Made by a program: the position numbers and the translations under genes. From Escherichia phage vB_EcoM_G4498, in sequence record NC_054918.1: a stretch of 64,000 nucleotides of DNA; one strand, given 5' to 3'. Shown in pieces: positions 1 through 9,962 of this stretch. The notes beneath the pieces were generated by a model. It did no database searches and was not told the origin of the DNA. It saw nothing but the letters and a program-made list of their open reading frames with translations. Every line of letters begins with the position of its first letter. Position 1 is the stretch's first letter.

Positions 1-1025
1 TCTTCCAGGAAACTGGTACAGTATATCTGCAAGCTACAGCAGCTAAACAAATTGATTCAGGCGCATCTGACGCAGACAAATTAGATGCTGAAATTAAGAA
101 ACAAATGGAAGCTGGTGTACTGGTAGAAATCGCTGAAGGTATGGCTACTTCTATCGCTGAACTTCAGGAAGGTTTCAACGGTTCTACCGATAACCCATGG
201 AATGAAATGGGCTTCCGTATCGATAAACAAGTTATCGAAGCTAAATCTCGTCAGCTGAAAGCTGCTTACTCTATTGAATTAGCACAAGACCTTCGCGCTG
301 TTCACGGTATGGATGCTGATGCTGAACTGTCTGGTATTCTGGCTACCGAAATTATGCTGGAAATCAACCGCGAAGTTGTTGATTGGATTAACTACTCCGC
401 TCAGGTTGGTAAATCTGGTATGACCCTGACTCCGGGTTCTAAAGCTGGTGTATTTGACTTCCAGGACCCAATCGATATTCGTGGTGCTCGCTGGGCAGGT
501 GAATCCTTTAAAGCTCTGTTGTTCCAGATTGACAAAGAAGCAGTTGAAATTGCTCGTCAGACTGGTCGCGGCGAAGGTAACTTCATTATCGCTTCCCGTA
601 ACGTAGTTAACGTTCTGGCTTCAGTTGATACCGGCATTTCTTATGCTGCACAAGGTCTGGCTACTGGCTTTAACACTGATACTACCAAGTCAGTATTTGC
701 TGGTGTTCTGGGTGGTAAATACCGTGTATATATCGACCAGTATGCTAAACAGGATTATTTCACCGTAGGTTATAAAGGTCCGAACGAAATGGATGCTGGT
801 ATTTACTATGCTCCATATGTAGCTCTGACTCCGCTGCGTGGTTCTGATCCGAAGAACTTCCAACCGGTAATGGGATTCAAAACTCGTTACGGTATCGGTA
901 TCAACCCATTTGCAGAATCCGCTGCTCAGGCTCCGGCTTCTCGCATCCAGAGCGGTATGCCTTCTATTCTGAATAGCCTTGGTAAAAACGCTTACTTCCG
1001 CCGTGTATATGTTAAAGGTATCTAA
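1..1025 (+). CDS. 23: Major capsid protein gp23, C-terminal part (5' end lies outside the window)
   Basis: Open frame from window edge; translation ...FQETGTVYLQATAAKQIDSG...RRVYVKGI matches T4 gp23 C-terminus from memory. Confidence 0.95.
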   Translation, partial: FQETGTVYLQATAAKQIDSGASDADKLDAEIKKQMEAGVLVEIAEGMATSIAELQEGFNGSTDNPWNEMGFRIDKQVIEAKSRQLKAAYSIELAQDLRAVHGMDADAELSGILATEIMLEINREVVDWINYSAQVGKSGMTLTPGSKAGVFDFQDPIDIRGARWAGESFKALLFQIDKEAVEIARQTGRGEGNFIIASRNVVNVLASVDTGISYAAQGLATGFNTDTTKSVFAGVLGGKYRVYIDQYAKQDYFTVGYKGPNEMDAGIYYAPYVALTPLRGSDPKNFQPVMGFKTRYGIGINPFAESAAQAPASRIQSGMPSILNSLGKNAYFRRVYVKGI

Positions 1026-1040
1026 TCTTTGACGATTTAA

Positions 1041-1070
1041 GGGACCTTCGGGTCCCTTTAGTTGTTTTTA
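1041..1070 (+). terminator. Intrinsic terminator after gene 23
   Basis: GGGACCTTCGGGTCCC hairpin (UUCG loop) followed by T-rich tract. Confidence 0.7.
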
Positions 1071-1073
1071 TGG

Positions 1074-1081
1074 TATAAATA
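1074..1081 (+). promoter_or_regulatory. T4-type late promoter for gene 24
   Basis: Exact TATAAATA about 27 nt upstream of gene 24 ATG. Confidence 0.6.
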
Positions 1082-1108
1082 AATCATATAAACTGAAAGG
1101 AAAGCGCA

Positions 1109-2392
1109 ATGGCTAAAATCAACGAACTTCTGCGCGAATCAACCACAACGAATAGCAACTCAATCGGTCGCCCAAATCTCGTTGCTTTGACTCGCGCTAC
1201 CACTAAATTAATATATTCTGACATTGTAGCAACGCAAAGAACTAATCAACCTGTTGCTGCTTTTTATGGTATCAAATACCTTAACCCGGATAACGAATTT
1301 ACATTTAAAACTGGTGCTACTTACGCCGGCGAAGCTGGATATGTAGACCGAGAACAAATCACAGAATTAACAGAAGAGTCTAAATTAACTCTCAATAAGG
1401 GCGATTTATTCAAATATAATAATATCGTTTATAAAGTATTAGAAGATACACCATTTGCTGATATTGAAGAAAGCGATTTAGAATTAGCTCTTCAGATTGC
1501 AATTGTTCTTTTAAAGGTTCGTCTATTTTCTGACGCAGCGTCAACAAGCAAATTTGAAAGCTCTGATAGTGAAATTGCGGATGCTAGATTCCAGATTAAT
1601 AAATGGCAAACCGCAGTTAAATCTCGTAAACTTAAAACTGGTATCACAGTTGAATTAGCACAAGATTTAGAAGCAAATGGATTCGATGCTCCTAATTTCT
1701 TGGAAGATTTGCTTGCAACTGAAATGGCAGATGAAATCAATAAAGATATTCTGCAGTCTTTGATTACAGTGTCAAAACGCTATAAAGTTACAGGAATTAC
1801 TGATACTGGATTCATCGATTTGAGTTATGCATCTGCACCTGAAGCTGGTCGTTCATTATACCGAATGGTATGTGAAATGGTTTCGCATATCCAAAAAGAA
1901 TCAACTTATACAGCAACGTTCTGTGTTGCTTCAGCTCGTGCTGCTGCGATTCTTGCTGCATCAGGTTGGTTAAAACATAAACCAGAAGATGATAAATATC
2001 TTTCACAAAATGCCTATGGGTTCTTAGCTAATGGTTTACCGCTTTATTGCGATACTAACAGCCCATTAGATTATGTAATCGTTGGTGTAGTAGAAAATAT
2101 CGGTGAAAAAGAAATTGTTGGATCAATTTTCTATGCTCCGTATACAGAAGGTCTTGACTTAGATGACCCTGAACATGTAGGTGCATTTAAAGTTGTAGTT
2201 GACCCAGAAAGTTTGCAGCCATCTATCGGTTTATTAGTTAGATATGCTTTATCAGCAAATCCTTACACTGTAGCAAAAGATGAAAAAGAAGCAAGAATAA
2301 TTGATGGTGGAGACATGGATAAAATGGCGGGTCGTTCAGATTTGTCTGTTTTATTAGGTGTTAAGCTACCAAAAATTATCGTTGATGAATAA
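1109..2392 (+). CDS. 24: Capsid vertex protein gp24
   Basis: 427-aa ORF, MAKINELLRESTTT..., gp23 paralog, position after 23. Confidence 0.95.
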   Translation: MAKINELLRESTTTNSNSIGRPNLVALTRATTKLIYSDIVATQRTNQPVAAFYGIKYLNPDNEFTFKTGATYAGEAGYVDREQITELTEESKLTLNKGDLFKYNNIVYKVLEDTPFADIEESDLELALQIAIVLLKVRLFSDAASTSKFESSDSEIADARFQINKWQTAVKSRKLKTGITVELAQDLEANGFDAPNFLEDLLATEMADEINKDILQSLITVSKRYKVTGITDTGFIDLSYASAPEAGRSLYRMVCEMVSHIQKESTYTATFCVASARAAAILAASGWLKHKPEDDKYLSQNAYGFLANGLPLYCDTNSPLDYVIVGVVENIGEKEIVGSIFYAPYTEGLDLDDPEHVGAFKVVVDPESLQPSIGLLVRYALSANPYTVAKDEKEARIIDGGDMDKMAGRSDLSVLLGVKLPKIIVDE

Positions 2393-2398
2393 AACAAA

Positions 2399-2420
2399 GG
2401 GACCTTTCGGTCCCTTTTTA
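2399..2420. terminator. Bidirectional hairpin terminator between gene 24 and rnlB
   Basis: GGGACCTTTCGGTCCC palindromic hairpin flanked by A/T runs on both strands. Confidence 0.7.
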
Positions 2421-2421
2421 T

Positions 2422-3426
2422 TTAACTTACCAATTCAATCCAAGCCGGACGAAGTACATCTTGTACCATTTTAACTAATTCCTTTTTAACCAAAGAAGGA
2501 TTATCTGCTCGAGTTAGAGTAATACCTTCACGAGAAGTTTCTTCCAAAATATCTTGAACAGTTAGTCCCATCACCTTTCCAAAATCCTTCGGACCAATTT
2601 CACCAATTTTAGAAATAACGTTATTTACTCGGTTCAGTGTAACGTAGCAAGCTAAAATTCCCACCAATTTGTTATCAGCTTCTGATAGTTCAACTTTAGC
2701 TTTAATAGGCTTATCAGACTTTTTCTTTTCACTAAATTTGGAATTCTTGCATTTGATGGCTACACGATTTCCATTATGAAGCCAAGAAGGATAACAAGGT
2801 TTCAATACATATCCTTCAGCGGTAAATACTTCGCCTTTGGCTTCAGCTTTCCAAACACATTTGTTAGCGTCAACTAATCCAGCATGGTCTACTGTAAAAT
2901 TATAATCTTGGACGACAGAATCTAAATCATTTGGCAATTTAATAAGTTCTTCAAATTTACCACGACCTAAAAGTGGAGCCATTTTAAATTTAAATGTATT
3001 ACAAAATGATTCCATCATATAATCATCGACATAAGTCACATCACCACTTTCTGTAGTGACAATAATGTCAAATACATAAAAATCTTTATCGCCATAATCG
3101 ACATTCTTCTGAATGCCAGGTCCAGCGAATTCGCCAAAGACTTGATAAGATACAACCGCTGAGGTTTCCATAATATCTTGTACTGCTTTAATAGAATCTT
3201 CGTAATTCTTTAGAATAATTTCATACCCAAAGAAATCTTCAGCAGGAAGAATCGGTCCAGTACGTTTAGCGCAAGTTACTTTATCACGCTCAATAATCAA
3301 TGAGAAATTTGTGCCGTGAATCTTTTCACGAGCTACCCACTCCCCACCAGTCAATCCCAAGCTATAAAGTTTTTCAATAAATTTAGAGTTGTAATGATTT
3401 TCAAGACTGCTATACTTTTTAAACAT
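2422..3426 (-). CDS. rnlB: RNA ligase 2 (Rnl2)
   Basis: 334-aa [27 protein letters not shown]...; matches T4 Rnl2; KxHGxN ligase motif (KIHGTN). Confidence 0.95.
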   Translation of the reverse strand: MFKKYSSLENHYNSKFIEKLYSLGLTGGEWVAREKIHGTNFSLIIERDKVTCAKRTGPILPAEDFFGYEIILKNYEDSIKAVQDIMETSAVVSYQVFGEFAGPGIQKNVDYGDKDFYVFDIIVTTESGDVTYVDDYMMESFCNTFKFKMAPLLGRGKFEELIKLPNDLDSVVQDYNFTVDHAGLVDANKCVWKAEAKGEVFTAEGYVLKPCYPSWLHNGNRVAIKCKNSKFSEKKKSDKPIKAKVELSEADNKLVGILACYVTLNRVNNVISKIGEIGPKDFGKVMGLTVQDILEETSREGITLTRADNPSLVKKELVKMVQDVLRPAWIELVS

Positions 3427-3435
3427 AATTAATCC

Positions 3436-3714
3436 TCAAAATGTAATTTCTAACCAATCACCATCACGCTGATCACTATTGACTTTAAAGCTGAATCCTT
3501 CTTTTCTCAGCCAATCACCAATTTCTTCAGTAATCAATTTATCACGAGCAATACAATAATAACTAAAATGTGTTTTACCTTGTTCAGCTGCTTTATTAGC
3601 AAGTTCCGAAAAATCTTTAATAAAACACTCTAGCTTAAACTGTTTACTTTTAAGTGCTTTTTCGCGCAATTGATTAGCAAAAGATTCATTTTCATAAAGA
3701 TCATACTGTTCCAT
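3436..3714 (-). CDS. Hypothetical protein, positional equivalent of T4 24.2
   Basis: 92-aa ORF in syntenic position. Confidence 0.6.
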   Translation of the reverse strand: MEQYDLYENESFANQLREKALKSKQFKLECFIKDFSELANKAAEQGKTHFSYYCIARDKLITEEIGDWLRKEGFSFKVNSDQRDGDWLEITF

Positions 3715-3916
3715 TTTTCACCTTTTTATTGATATGTCTTTTTCTATAGACGACTTTTTCTCGAGTTTCAAATTTATTTTTAGCAGTCATAGCTCGAGCC
3801 CATAATACAGCCACTTCTTTTGCCTGTAAGTTTAATTCACGAGCAATTTCAATGAATGACTTTCCAGACTCATGAAGAGTAAACACCACAACCTCAGTTC
3901 TCATAATCAATCTCAT
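3701..3916 (-). CDS. Hypothetical small protein with HTH-like segment, positional equivalent of T4 24.3 (start uncertain)
   Basis: 71-aa ORF; no clear SD at first ATG. Confidence 0.5.
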   Translation of the reverse strand: MRLIMRTEVVVFTLHESGKSFIEIARELNLQAKEVAVLWARAMTAKNKFETREKVVYRKRHINKKVKNGTV

Positions 3917-3984
3917 GTTATCGAGTTGGTGCCATTATATACATCATTTTCTGATTGTGTTTTGTGTGCTTTCAAAATGAAGAA

Positions 3985-4000
3985 AGGGGCCGAAGCCCCT
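3985..4000 (-). terminator. Hairpin terminator downstream of hoc
   Basis: AGGGGCCGAAGCCCCT hairpin followed on minus strand by TTCTTCATTTT. Confidence 0.6.
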
Positions 4001-4005
4001 TATGA

Positions 4006-5424
4006 TTATGGATAGGTATAGATGATACCAGTTTCTAAAGCAGTTTTATGAATGATGTATCCATTACGCGATTCTTGAACATCAACTTCTGGATAGTCTT
4101 TCATCATCTTCTGAAGAGTGTAACGATGTAGGTAATATTTACTATCTGGGTCGTCAGTTTTCCAATCTTTACCTTCTTCGGTCATTTTTTGGATTTCATC
4201 CATAACCCACCAACCGCACCAGATATAAGCTGAAGTACGATGTGGAAGAGGATGAACATAAGGTAGTTCACCTTCTGGTTCTGGAGCAACTTTATCAGTT
4301 ACCTGAACTTGACCTTCTGCTGTAATAGTTTTGCTATCGTAATCAGTTGCAGTAACGACAGCAGTAACTTCAATAGTTTGACTTCCAACAGATGAGGTAT
4401 CGACAGTATATACGTTAGTTGACCCTTCTACAGGAGAAGAATCTTTCTTCCATGAGTAAGTAATTTGTGCTTCTTCTGGAGCACCCGTAACATTAGCCGT
4501 AAATGTAGCCGAAGCATCTTGCTGAACATTAATAGAAGGAGGAGTCAATGTAACCTGTGGATTCATTGTCTTCTTATTAACTGTCAATGATACTTCATTA
4601 GAAGTAACTTCCTTTTCATTGTAATTTTCAGCAGTTACTTGGGCTACGCATTTAATTCTTTTTACTCCACTTGTAGTTGGAGTATAGCTAAATGTAGAGT
4701 TAGTTTCTCCACCAACTTGTGAATCATCTACATACCACTGATACGTAGCAGACGCTCCATCAGGTTGAGAAGCTAAGGCAGCAGTAAATTGAACTGGGGT
4801 TCCGATTACTCCCGCTGGAGGACTATCAGGAGTTACTGCCAAAGTAGTTGTCTGCGTCTTTTTATTAACAGTCAGTGACACTTCATTGGAAGTAACTTCC
4901 TTTGTATCATAATCTGTCGCGGTTACTTGAGCTACGCACTTAATTGTTTTAACTCCGCTTGCGTCAGGAGTGTAATTGAATGTAGTGCTAGTTGCTTCGC
5001 CCACAGGAGAACCGTCAACGTACCATTGATACGTAGCGTTTGCACCTGATGGCTGTGAAGCTAAGGCAGCGGTAAATTCAATTGGAGTTCCAATCACTCC
5101 AGCATCAGGGCTACCAGGAGTTACTGCCAAAGTAGTTGTTTGTGTCTTATTTTGAACTGTGATAGTTGTACTAATTTCAGCTGTTTCAGGTTCAGATTCT
5201 GCAACTTGATTGGTTGCAACTACTTTAATAGTCTTTTGACCGGCAGGTCCTTTTAGTACATAACTAAAAGTTGCTGACGTTTCTTCCTGTGGAGCGTCGT
5301 CTACAGTCCAAGCATATGTAATAGTTCCGCCTCCAGTTTCACCACTGGGTGTAGCAGTAAACTGCTTAGTTTCATCAATAACCCCTGTCGGTGTTTTAGG
5401 AGTTATATCAACTGTAAAAGTCAT
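4006..5424 (-). CDS. hoc: Hoc, highly immunogenic outer capsid protein, 472 aa with four Ig-like repeats
   Basis: N- and C-termini match T4 Hoc (MTFTVDITPKTPTG... / ...HKTALETGIIYTYP); one extra 96-aa repeat relative to the 376-aa T4 protein. Confidence 0.9.
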   Translation of the reverse strand: MTFTVDITPKTPTGVIDETKQFTATPSGETGGGTITYAWTVDDAPQEETSATFSYVLKGPAGQKTIKVVATNQVAESEPETAEISTTITVQNKTQTTTLAVTPGSPDAGVIGTPIEFTAALASQPSGANATYQWYVDGSPVGEATSTTFNYTPDASGVKTIKCVAQVTATDYDTKEVTSNEVSLTVNKKTQTTTLAVTPDSPPAGVIGTPVQFTAALASQPDGASATYQWYVDDSQVGGETNSTFSYTPTTSGVKRIKCVAQVTAENYNEKEVTSNEVSLTVNKKTMNPQVTLTPPSINVQQDASATFTANVTGAPEEAQITYSWKKDSSPVEGSTNVYTVDTSSVGSQTIEVTAVVTATDYDSKTITAEGQVQVTDKVAPEPEGELPYVHPLPHRTSAYIWCGWWVMDEIQKMTEEGKDWKTDDPDSKYYLHRYTLQKMMKDYPEVDVQESRNGYIIHKTALETGIIYTYP

Positions 5425-5433
5425 AAGTTATCC

Positions 5434-6114
5434 TTATTTTAATGTTACGAAAGAAGAGTTGCGTGTTTCACGAATTAGAACTGATCCGTCACGGTTAATG
5501 TAATAAATTAAGCTAAATAAAGTTTGGTGTGCTGACGCATGTTCAAAACTAGTTGGGTGAGATTTCCAATCAGGAGTTTCAGCAATCCATTGATAAATCC
5601 ACCAAGGAACAGTACAGAATCCTGGATTTTTTCCAATCAACTGAAGATTCGGGCTAAAGTTTTCCGGAAGAGTAAATACAGACGGCTTTTCAGATTCAAT
5701 AATCTCAGCTACAGCCTGTTCAAATTTTTCTTCAACAAATGGAGTATCTTCAATCAAAACATCGGTATTTTCAGGAATTTTATCTGTTTCTACTACTTCA
5801 ATTTTAATGTCAGATTTAACCGGAGAATCAATCAAAAGTGCTGCTTCTGGATTGACTTCTTCATCGTCATATTTTAACCCCTCTGCAGCATCAGCAGCAT
5901 CAATTAAGTCTTTAATAGATAACCCATCAGTCTCCGGCATAGGTTCACTAGCGAGCTTCTGGAGAGCTTCTTCAATATCATTAACGATATTATCAAAAGA
6001 TTTATTCTTTTTGACCTTTATACCAAACTGTTCAGCATATTCAGCTAATTTAGCTTTAGCTTCTTTATTATCATCAAGAGCCTTCAGCTCTGCAATATAA
6101 TCTTTATCTATCAT
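5434..6114 (-). CDS. inh: Inh, inhibitor of prohead protease
   Basis: 226-aa ORF in the syntenic position between hoc and uvsW. Confidence 0.8.
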   Translation of the reverse strand: MIDKDYIAELKALDDNKEAKAKLAEYAEQFGIKVKKNKSFDNIVNDIEEALQKLASEPMPETDGLSIKDLIDAADAAEGLKYDDEEVNPEAALLIDSPVKSDIKIEVVETDKIPENTDVLIEDTPFVEEKFEQAVAEIIESEKPSVFTLPENFSPNLQLIGKNPGFCTVPWWIYQWIAETPDWKSHPTSFEHASAHQTLFSLIYYINRDGSVLIRETRNSSFVTLK

Positions 6115-6127
6115 AATATTTCCTCAG

Positions 6128-6135
6128 TATAAATA
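6128..6135 (+). promoter_or_regulatory. Late promoter upstream of uvsW
   Basis: TATAAATA 30 nt upstream of uvsW ATG. Confidence 0.5.
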
Positions 6136-6164
6136 TAGATATATTTATTACATGGTATTTAGAC

Positions 6165-7676
6165 ATGACTGACATTAAAGTACATTTTTATGATTTTAGT
6201 CACGTGAGAATTGATTGCGAAGAAAGTACATTTCATGAACTCCGTGATTTCTTTAGCTTTGAAGCTGATGGGTATCGTTTTAATCCGAAGTACAAATATG
6301 GCCACTGGGATGGACGAATTCGTCTTTTAGATTATAATCGCCTTCTTCCATTCGGTTTAGTCGGGCAAATTAAAAAGTTCTGCGATAACTTTGGCTATAA
6401 AGCCTGGATTGACCCACAGATTAACGAAAAAGAAGAATTATCAAGAAAAGATTTTGATGAATGGCTTTCTAAATTAGAAATCTATTCAGGAAATAAAAGA
6501 ATTGAACCGCATTGGTATCAAAAAGATGCAGTGTTCGAAGGATTAGTTAATCGTCGTAGAATTCTTAATCTTCCAACATCCGCTGGTAAATCGTTAATTC
6601 AAGCTTTGCTTGCGCGATATTATTTGGAAAATTATGAAGGTAAAATTCTTATCATTGTTCCAACAACTGCTCTAACAACTCAGATGGCTGATGACTTCGT
6701 TGACTATCGTTTATTCAGTCATGCAATGATAAAGAAAATTGGTGGCGGAGCATCAAAAGATGATAAATATAAAAATGATGCACCAGTCGTTGTTGGTACA
6801 TGGCAAACTGTAGTAAAACAACCGAAAGAATGGTTCTCACAGTTTGGAATGATGATGAATGATGAATGCCATCTTGCTACAGGAAAAAGTATTTCATCTA
6901 TCATATCAGGTTTAAATAACTGCATGTTCAAATTTGGTCTATCTGGTTCATTACGTGATGGCAAAGCCAATATCATGCAGTATGTTGGAATGTTTGGTGA
7001 AATATTTAAGCCAGTAACGACTTCTAAGTTAATGGAAGATGGACAAGTAACTGAGCTAAAAATTAATAGTATTTTTCTTCGCTATCCCGATGAGTTCACT
7101 ACTAAATTAAAGGGAAAAACTTATCAAGAAGAAATAAAAATTATTACGGGGCTTAGTAAAAGAAATAAATGGATCGCTAAATTGGCTATTAAGCTTGCAC
7201 AAAAAGATGAAAACGCTTTTGTCATGTTTAAACATGTATCACATGGTAAAGCTATTTTCGATTTAATTAAAAATGAATACGATAAAGTTTATTACGTATC
7301 AGGGGAAGTTGATACCGAAACCCGCAATATAATGAAAACCTTAGCTGAAAATGGTAAAGGAATAATTATAGTAGCTAGTTATGGTGTATTTTCTACTGGT
7401 ATTTCAGTTAAAAATCTGCATCACGTTGTTTTAGCGCACGGTGTTAAATCAAAAATCATTGTATTACAAACAATCGGTCGTGTATTACGTAAGCATGGTT
7501 CTAAAACAATCGCAACAGTCTGGGACCTCATAGATGACTGTGGTGTCAAGCCAAAATCTGCTAATACTAAAAAGAAATATGTTCACTTGAACTATCTTTT
7601 AAAACACGGCATTGATCGTATTCAGCGCTACGCAGATGAAAAATTTAATTACGTAATGAAAACAGTTAATTTATAA
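6165..7676 (+). CDS. uvsW: UvsW RNA-DNA and DNA-DNA helicase
   Basis: 503-aa ORF; Walker A (LPTSAGKS), DECH box (NDECH); matches T4 UvsW. Confidence 0.95.
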   Translation: MTDIKVHFYDFSHVRIDCEESTFHELRDFFSFEADGYRFNPKYKYGHWDGRIRLLDYNRLLPFGLVGQIKKFCDNFGYKAWIDPQINEKEELSRKDFDEWLSKLEIYSGNKRIEPHWYQKDAVFEGLVNRRRILNLPTSAGKSLIQALLARYYLENYEGKILIIVPTTALTTQMADDFVDYRLFSHAMIKKIGGGASKDDKYKNDAPVVVGTWQTVVKQPKEWFSQFGMMMNDECHLATGKSISSIISGLNNCMFKFGLSGSLRDGKANIMQYVGMFGEIFKPVTTSKLMEDGQVTELKINSIFLRYPDEFTTKLKGKTYQEEIKIITGLSKRNKWIAKLAIKLAQKDENAFVMFKHVSHGKAIFDLIKNEYDKVYYVSGEVDTETRNIMKTLAENGKGIIIVASYGVFSTGISVKNLHHVVLAHGVKSKIIVLQTIGRVLRKHGSKTIATVWDLIDDCGVKPKSANTKKKYVHLNYLLKHGIDRIQRYADEKFNYVMKTVNL

Positions 7677-7701
7677 GGGCTTCGGCCCTTTGGAGAAAAA
7701 G

Positions 7702-7932
7702 ATGTTACTAGAATTTAAACAATTTCTTTATGAAGCTTCTATTGATGAATTTATGGGTAAAATTGCCTCTTGTCAAACATTAGAAGGTTTAGAAGAACTT
7801 GAAGCTTATTATAAGAAAAGAGTTAAAGAAACTGAATTAAAAGATACTGATGACATCTCAGTCAGAGATGCTTTGGCAGGAAAAAGAGCTGAATTAGAAG
7901 ATTCAGACGATGAAGTAGAAGAAAGCTTTTAA
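7702..7932 (+). CDS. uvsW.1: UvsW.1 small acidic protein
   Basis: 76-aa ORF MLLEFKQFLYEAS...; GGAG SD 7 nt upstream; the ORF-track start at 7690 is a TTG. Confidence 0.8.
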   Translation: MLLEFKQFLYEASIDEFMGKIASCQTLEGLEELEAYYKKRVKETELKDTDDISVRDALAGKRAELEDSDDEVEESF

Positions 7933-7987
7933 ATTAAAAAAGGCCCAACCAAAAAGGAAGGGCCAAAACTATAGACTAAAGGTCACA

Positions 7988-8155
7988 CTATAGCAAAAGT
8001 TGGGTTTCATTTAATTGTTCTTCCGAACTTTCTGAAACTGGTAGTTCTTTAATGTAATTATAGCAAGGCCCAGGATGTACAGGACCTTTGTCTGTTTCAA
8101 CAACCAATGCAGAATCGATTGGAGTTTTACAGACAACACAAATCTTATCTGACAT
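7988..8155 (-). CDS. Small Cys-containing protein, positional equivalent of uvsY.-2
   Basis: 55-aa ORF MSDKICVVCKTPIDSALVVETDKGPVHPGPCYNYIKEL... preceded by AGGAG; below the ORF-track size cutoff. Confidence 0.6.
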   Translation of the reverse strand: MSDKICVVCKTPIDSALVVETDKGPVHPGPCYNYIKELPVSESSEEQLNETQLLL

Positions 8156-8183
8156 GATTGTCTCCTCTGAATTATATATCTAT

Positions 8184-8408
8184 TTATACAACTCTCATAT
8201 GCATATCAATGCCCATATCTTTAGAATAAAAATATTCATCAAGATATCCGGCAAATTTTCCTTTAATATAAAGAACATCTTCACCGCACGGGTGGTCGGC
8301 CAGGATACGAATATCCTGACGCTTAAGATTATGCTTTTTCATTAAGAATTGAATTTCCGTTTCAAATTCTTCTTCATAATTAAAAGCATCATCAATGTTA
8401 TATCTCAT
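8184..8408 (-). CDS. Hypothetical protein, positional equivalent of uvsY.-1
   Basis: 74-aa ORF; start overlaps uvsY stop. Confidence 0.65.
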   Translation of the reverse strand: MRYNIDDAFNYEEEFETEIQFLMKKHNLKRQDIRILADHPCGEDVLYIKGKFAGYLDEYFYSKDMGIDMHMRVV

Positions 8409-8821
8409 TATTTTCCAGCCTCAAATGCTCGCATGTCTTGAATATGCTTAATAGCAAATCCACGTGATTTAATAGCATCAAGAGCTCCGCTACAGAAATC
8501 TAATAAAATCCCCCAATACTGTAACGAGGTATCAACCTTTAAAACATCCTTATCAGCTGATAGAACTGTCTTCATTTCTGATTTCTCGTAACGATCCATA
8601 CTAAATTCATCACCATCTCCTCGTCCCGAGTAGTAGTCTAATTTAGCTTTAAGAGCAACTTTTTTCTGTGCTTCAATTCTAAGCATTTCCTTTTTAATAC
8701 TTGAATGCTTATTAAGCCATTTACTATATAACATCACATTATTAGCTGCTTCATACTGTAATTTAGTCGAATCTATAAACACATCTTTCTTCAATTCTTC
8801 TTGAAGATCTTCTAATCTCAT
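8408..8821 (-). CDS. uvsY: UvsY recombination mediator
   Basis: 137-aa ORF MRLEDLQEELKKDVFIDSTKLQYEAANNVMLYSKW...; matches T4 UvsY. Confidence 0.9.
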   Translation of the reverse strand: MRLEDLQEELKKDVFIDSTKLQYEAANNVMLYSKWLNKHSSIKKEMLRIEAQKKVALKAKLDYYSGRGDGDEFSMDRYEKSEMKTVLSADKDVLKVDTSLQYWGILLDFCSGALDAIKSRGFAIKHIQDMRAFEAGK

Positions 8822-8861
8822 ATTGTTCTCTATTCAATTGTTATTGGATGGACTTAGATTC

Positions 8862-8889
8862 ATTATACCACGTTTATACGTGAAGCATT
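8862..8889 (-). promoter_or_regulatory. MotA-dependent middle promoter upstream of uvsY
   Basis: Minus strand reads AATGCTTCA (MotA box), 13 nt, TATAAT. Confidence 0.55.
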
Positions 8890-9286
8890 ATACTCTATTA
8901 CTGGAAGCCAGTTGTAGTTTTATCTGCTCAATATCATCAGGGTTATCGATGACTGAAAAGCGTATTTCTACTATCAAAGTATAATCATCATAAACCGGTA
9001 TTACATTAACTGCTAATTTATCAATACGTGGCTCATAGTTTCTTACTGCGCTTTCGATATTACGCTCAACCGTGTCAGCAGTAAGAGGAGTCATATTCTC
9101 AAAAAGTTGGTCAGATAAATCGCATCCAAATTCAGGGTCAAACGGTCTTGAACCTTTTCTTGTTGTAATAATTCCTAAAAGACTATTTTTAATTGACCTT
9201 AATCCAAGTGATCTTGAAACGTCTTTGTTCCAATCCATTTTCATCTCTGGGTCAATATCAGAATAAAGCTTATTAATATTTGCCAT
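8888..9286 (-). CDS. 25: Baseplate wedge protein gp25
   Basis: 132-aa [38 protein letters not shown]...; matches T4 gp25. Confidence 0.9.
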   Translation of the reverse strand: MANINKLYSDIDPEMKMDWNKDVSRSLGLRSIKNSLLGIITTRKGSRPFDPEFGCDLSDQLFENMTPLTADTVERNIESAVRNYEPRIDKLAVNVIPVYDDYTLIVEIRFSVIDNPDDIEQIKLQLASSNRV

Positions 9287-9912
9287 TACAATAGCTCAAA
9301 GAATTCTTTGAGTCCTCTTATTACATGAGCGTGAGTTTTTCCACACTCTGGACATTTAATTGGAACAGCCAAATAAACAGTAGGCTTTAAAAGCATATCT
9401 TTTATAGCTACAATATCTGACTCTGTGATGATAGAATATAAATCTTCTAGTTCCTTTTCATTTAAGTCTTCAACTGGAATGCTTTCCCCGTTAGCATGAA
9501 TCGTTTCTATACATGATACTATCATGTGGGCTATATTTTTATCATCAAAAATTTTAGGGTATCGGAATTTAATTTTAATGTCACCCAGTGTATACCAAAG
9601 GTCTTCTGGTGCATCTATTTGTGTATGTAATAGATTTATATGGGTTGGTATTTCAGTTCCGCAGGTGCACTTCCAGGAGTTTTCGTGATTAACTTCTCCA
9701 AGAGAATGCGCCCATAAATGAATCAACAATAGTTCTGATTCTTGGCGATTTAAATCTTTTGCATTTGTGCAGTCTTTGATTAGCTTTTTAACAATTACTT
9801 CTACAGAACCATTATTTTTGGCAGTAATAAGTTCTAGATATTCTTTAAGAGTAAATGCGCGACAGTTGATTATTTTAGAACCAACTCTCACATCAAATTT
9901 GTATTCATACAT
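9286..9912 (-). CDS. 26: Baseplate hub protein gp26
   Basis: 208-aa ORF upstream of 25 and divergent from 51; AAGGAG SD. Confidence 0.85.
   Translation of the reverse strand: MYEYKFDVRVGSKIINCRAFTLKEYLELITAKNNGSVEVIVKKLIKDCTNAKDLNRQESELLLIHLWAHSLGEVNHENSWKCTCGTEIPTHINLLHTQIDAPEDLWYTLGDIKIKFRYPKIFDDKNIAHMIVSCIETIHANGESIPVEDLNEKELEDLYSIITESDIVAIKDMLLKPTVYLAVPIKCPECGKTHAHVIRGLKEFFELL
9287..9320 (-). promoter_or_regulatory. Gene 25 split ribosome-binding site (SD separated from ATG by a hairpin)
   Basis: Minus strand reads AAGAGGA-CTCAAAGAATTCTTTGAG-CTATTGTA-ATG; matches the described T4 gene 25 arrangement. Confidence 0.6.
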
Positions 9913-9933
9913 ATTTAGCTCCTTTATTTATCA

Positions 9934-9945
9934 TATTTATAAATA
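9934..9945. promoter_or_regulatory. Divergent overlapping late promoters for gene 26 (minus) and gene 51 (plus)
   Basis: TTTATAAATA core reads TATAAATA on both strands; each is followed by AAGGAG and an ATG. Confidence 0.6.
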
Positions 9946-9962
9946 GAATAAAAGGAGCATCT

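Noticed and set aside
1492-2006. Antisense ORFs inside gene 24 (82 aa and 64 aa)
   Set aside because: They lie wholly within a confidently assigned gene on the opposite strand with no SD, as do other similar antisense ORFs in the track (5539..6100, 18935..20444, 36510..37041, 50324..50557, 50809..51198, 63315..63921).
7690-7701. ORF-track start for uvsW.1 at 7690
   Set aside because: That position is TTG; the in-frame ATG at 7702 has a GGAG SD 7 nt upstream. Several other ORF-track starts (denA, rnlA, rnh, gp28, gp33, ndd) were trimmed to the SD-preceded ATG for the same reason.
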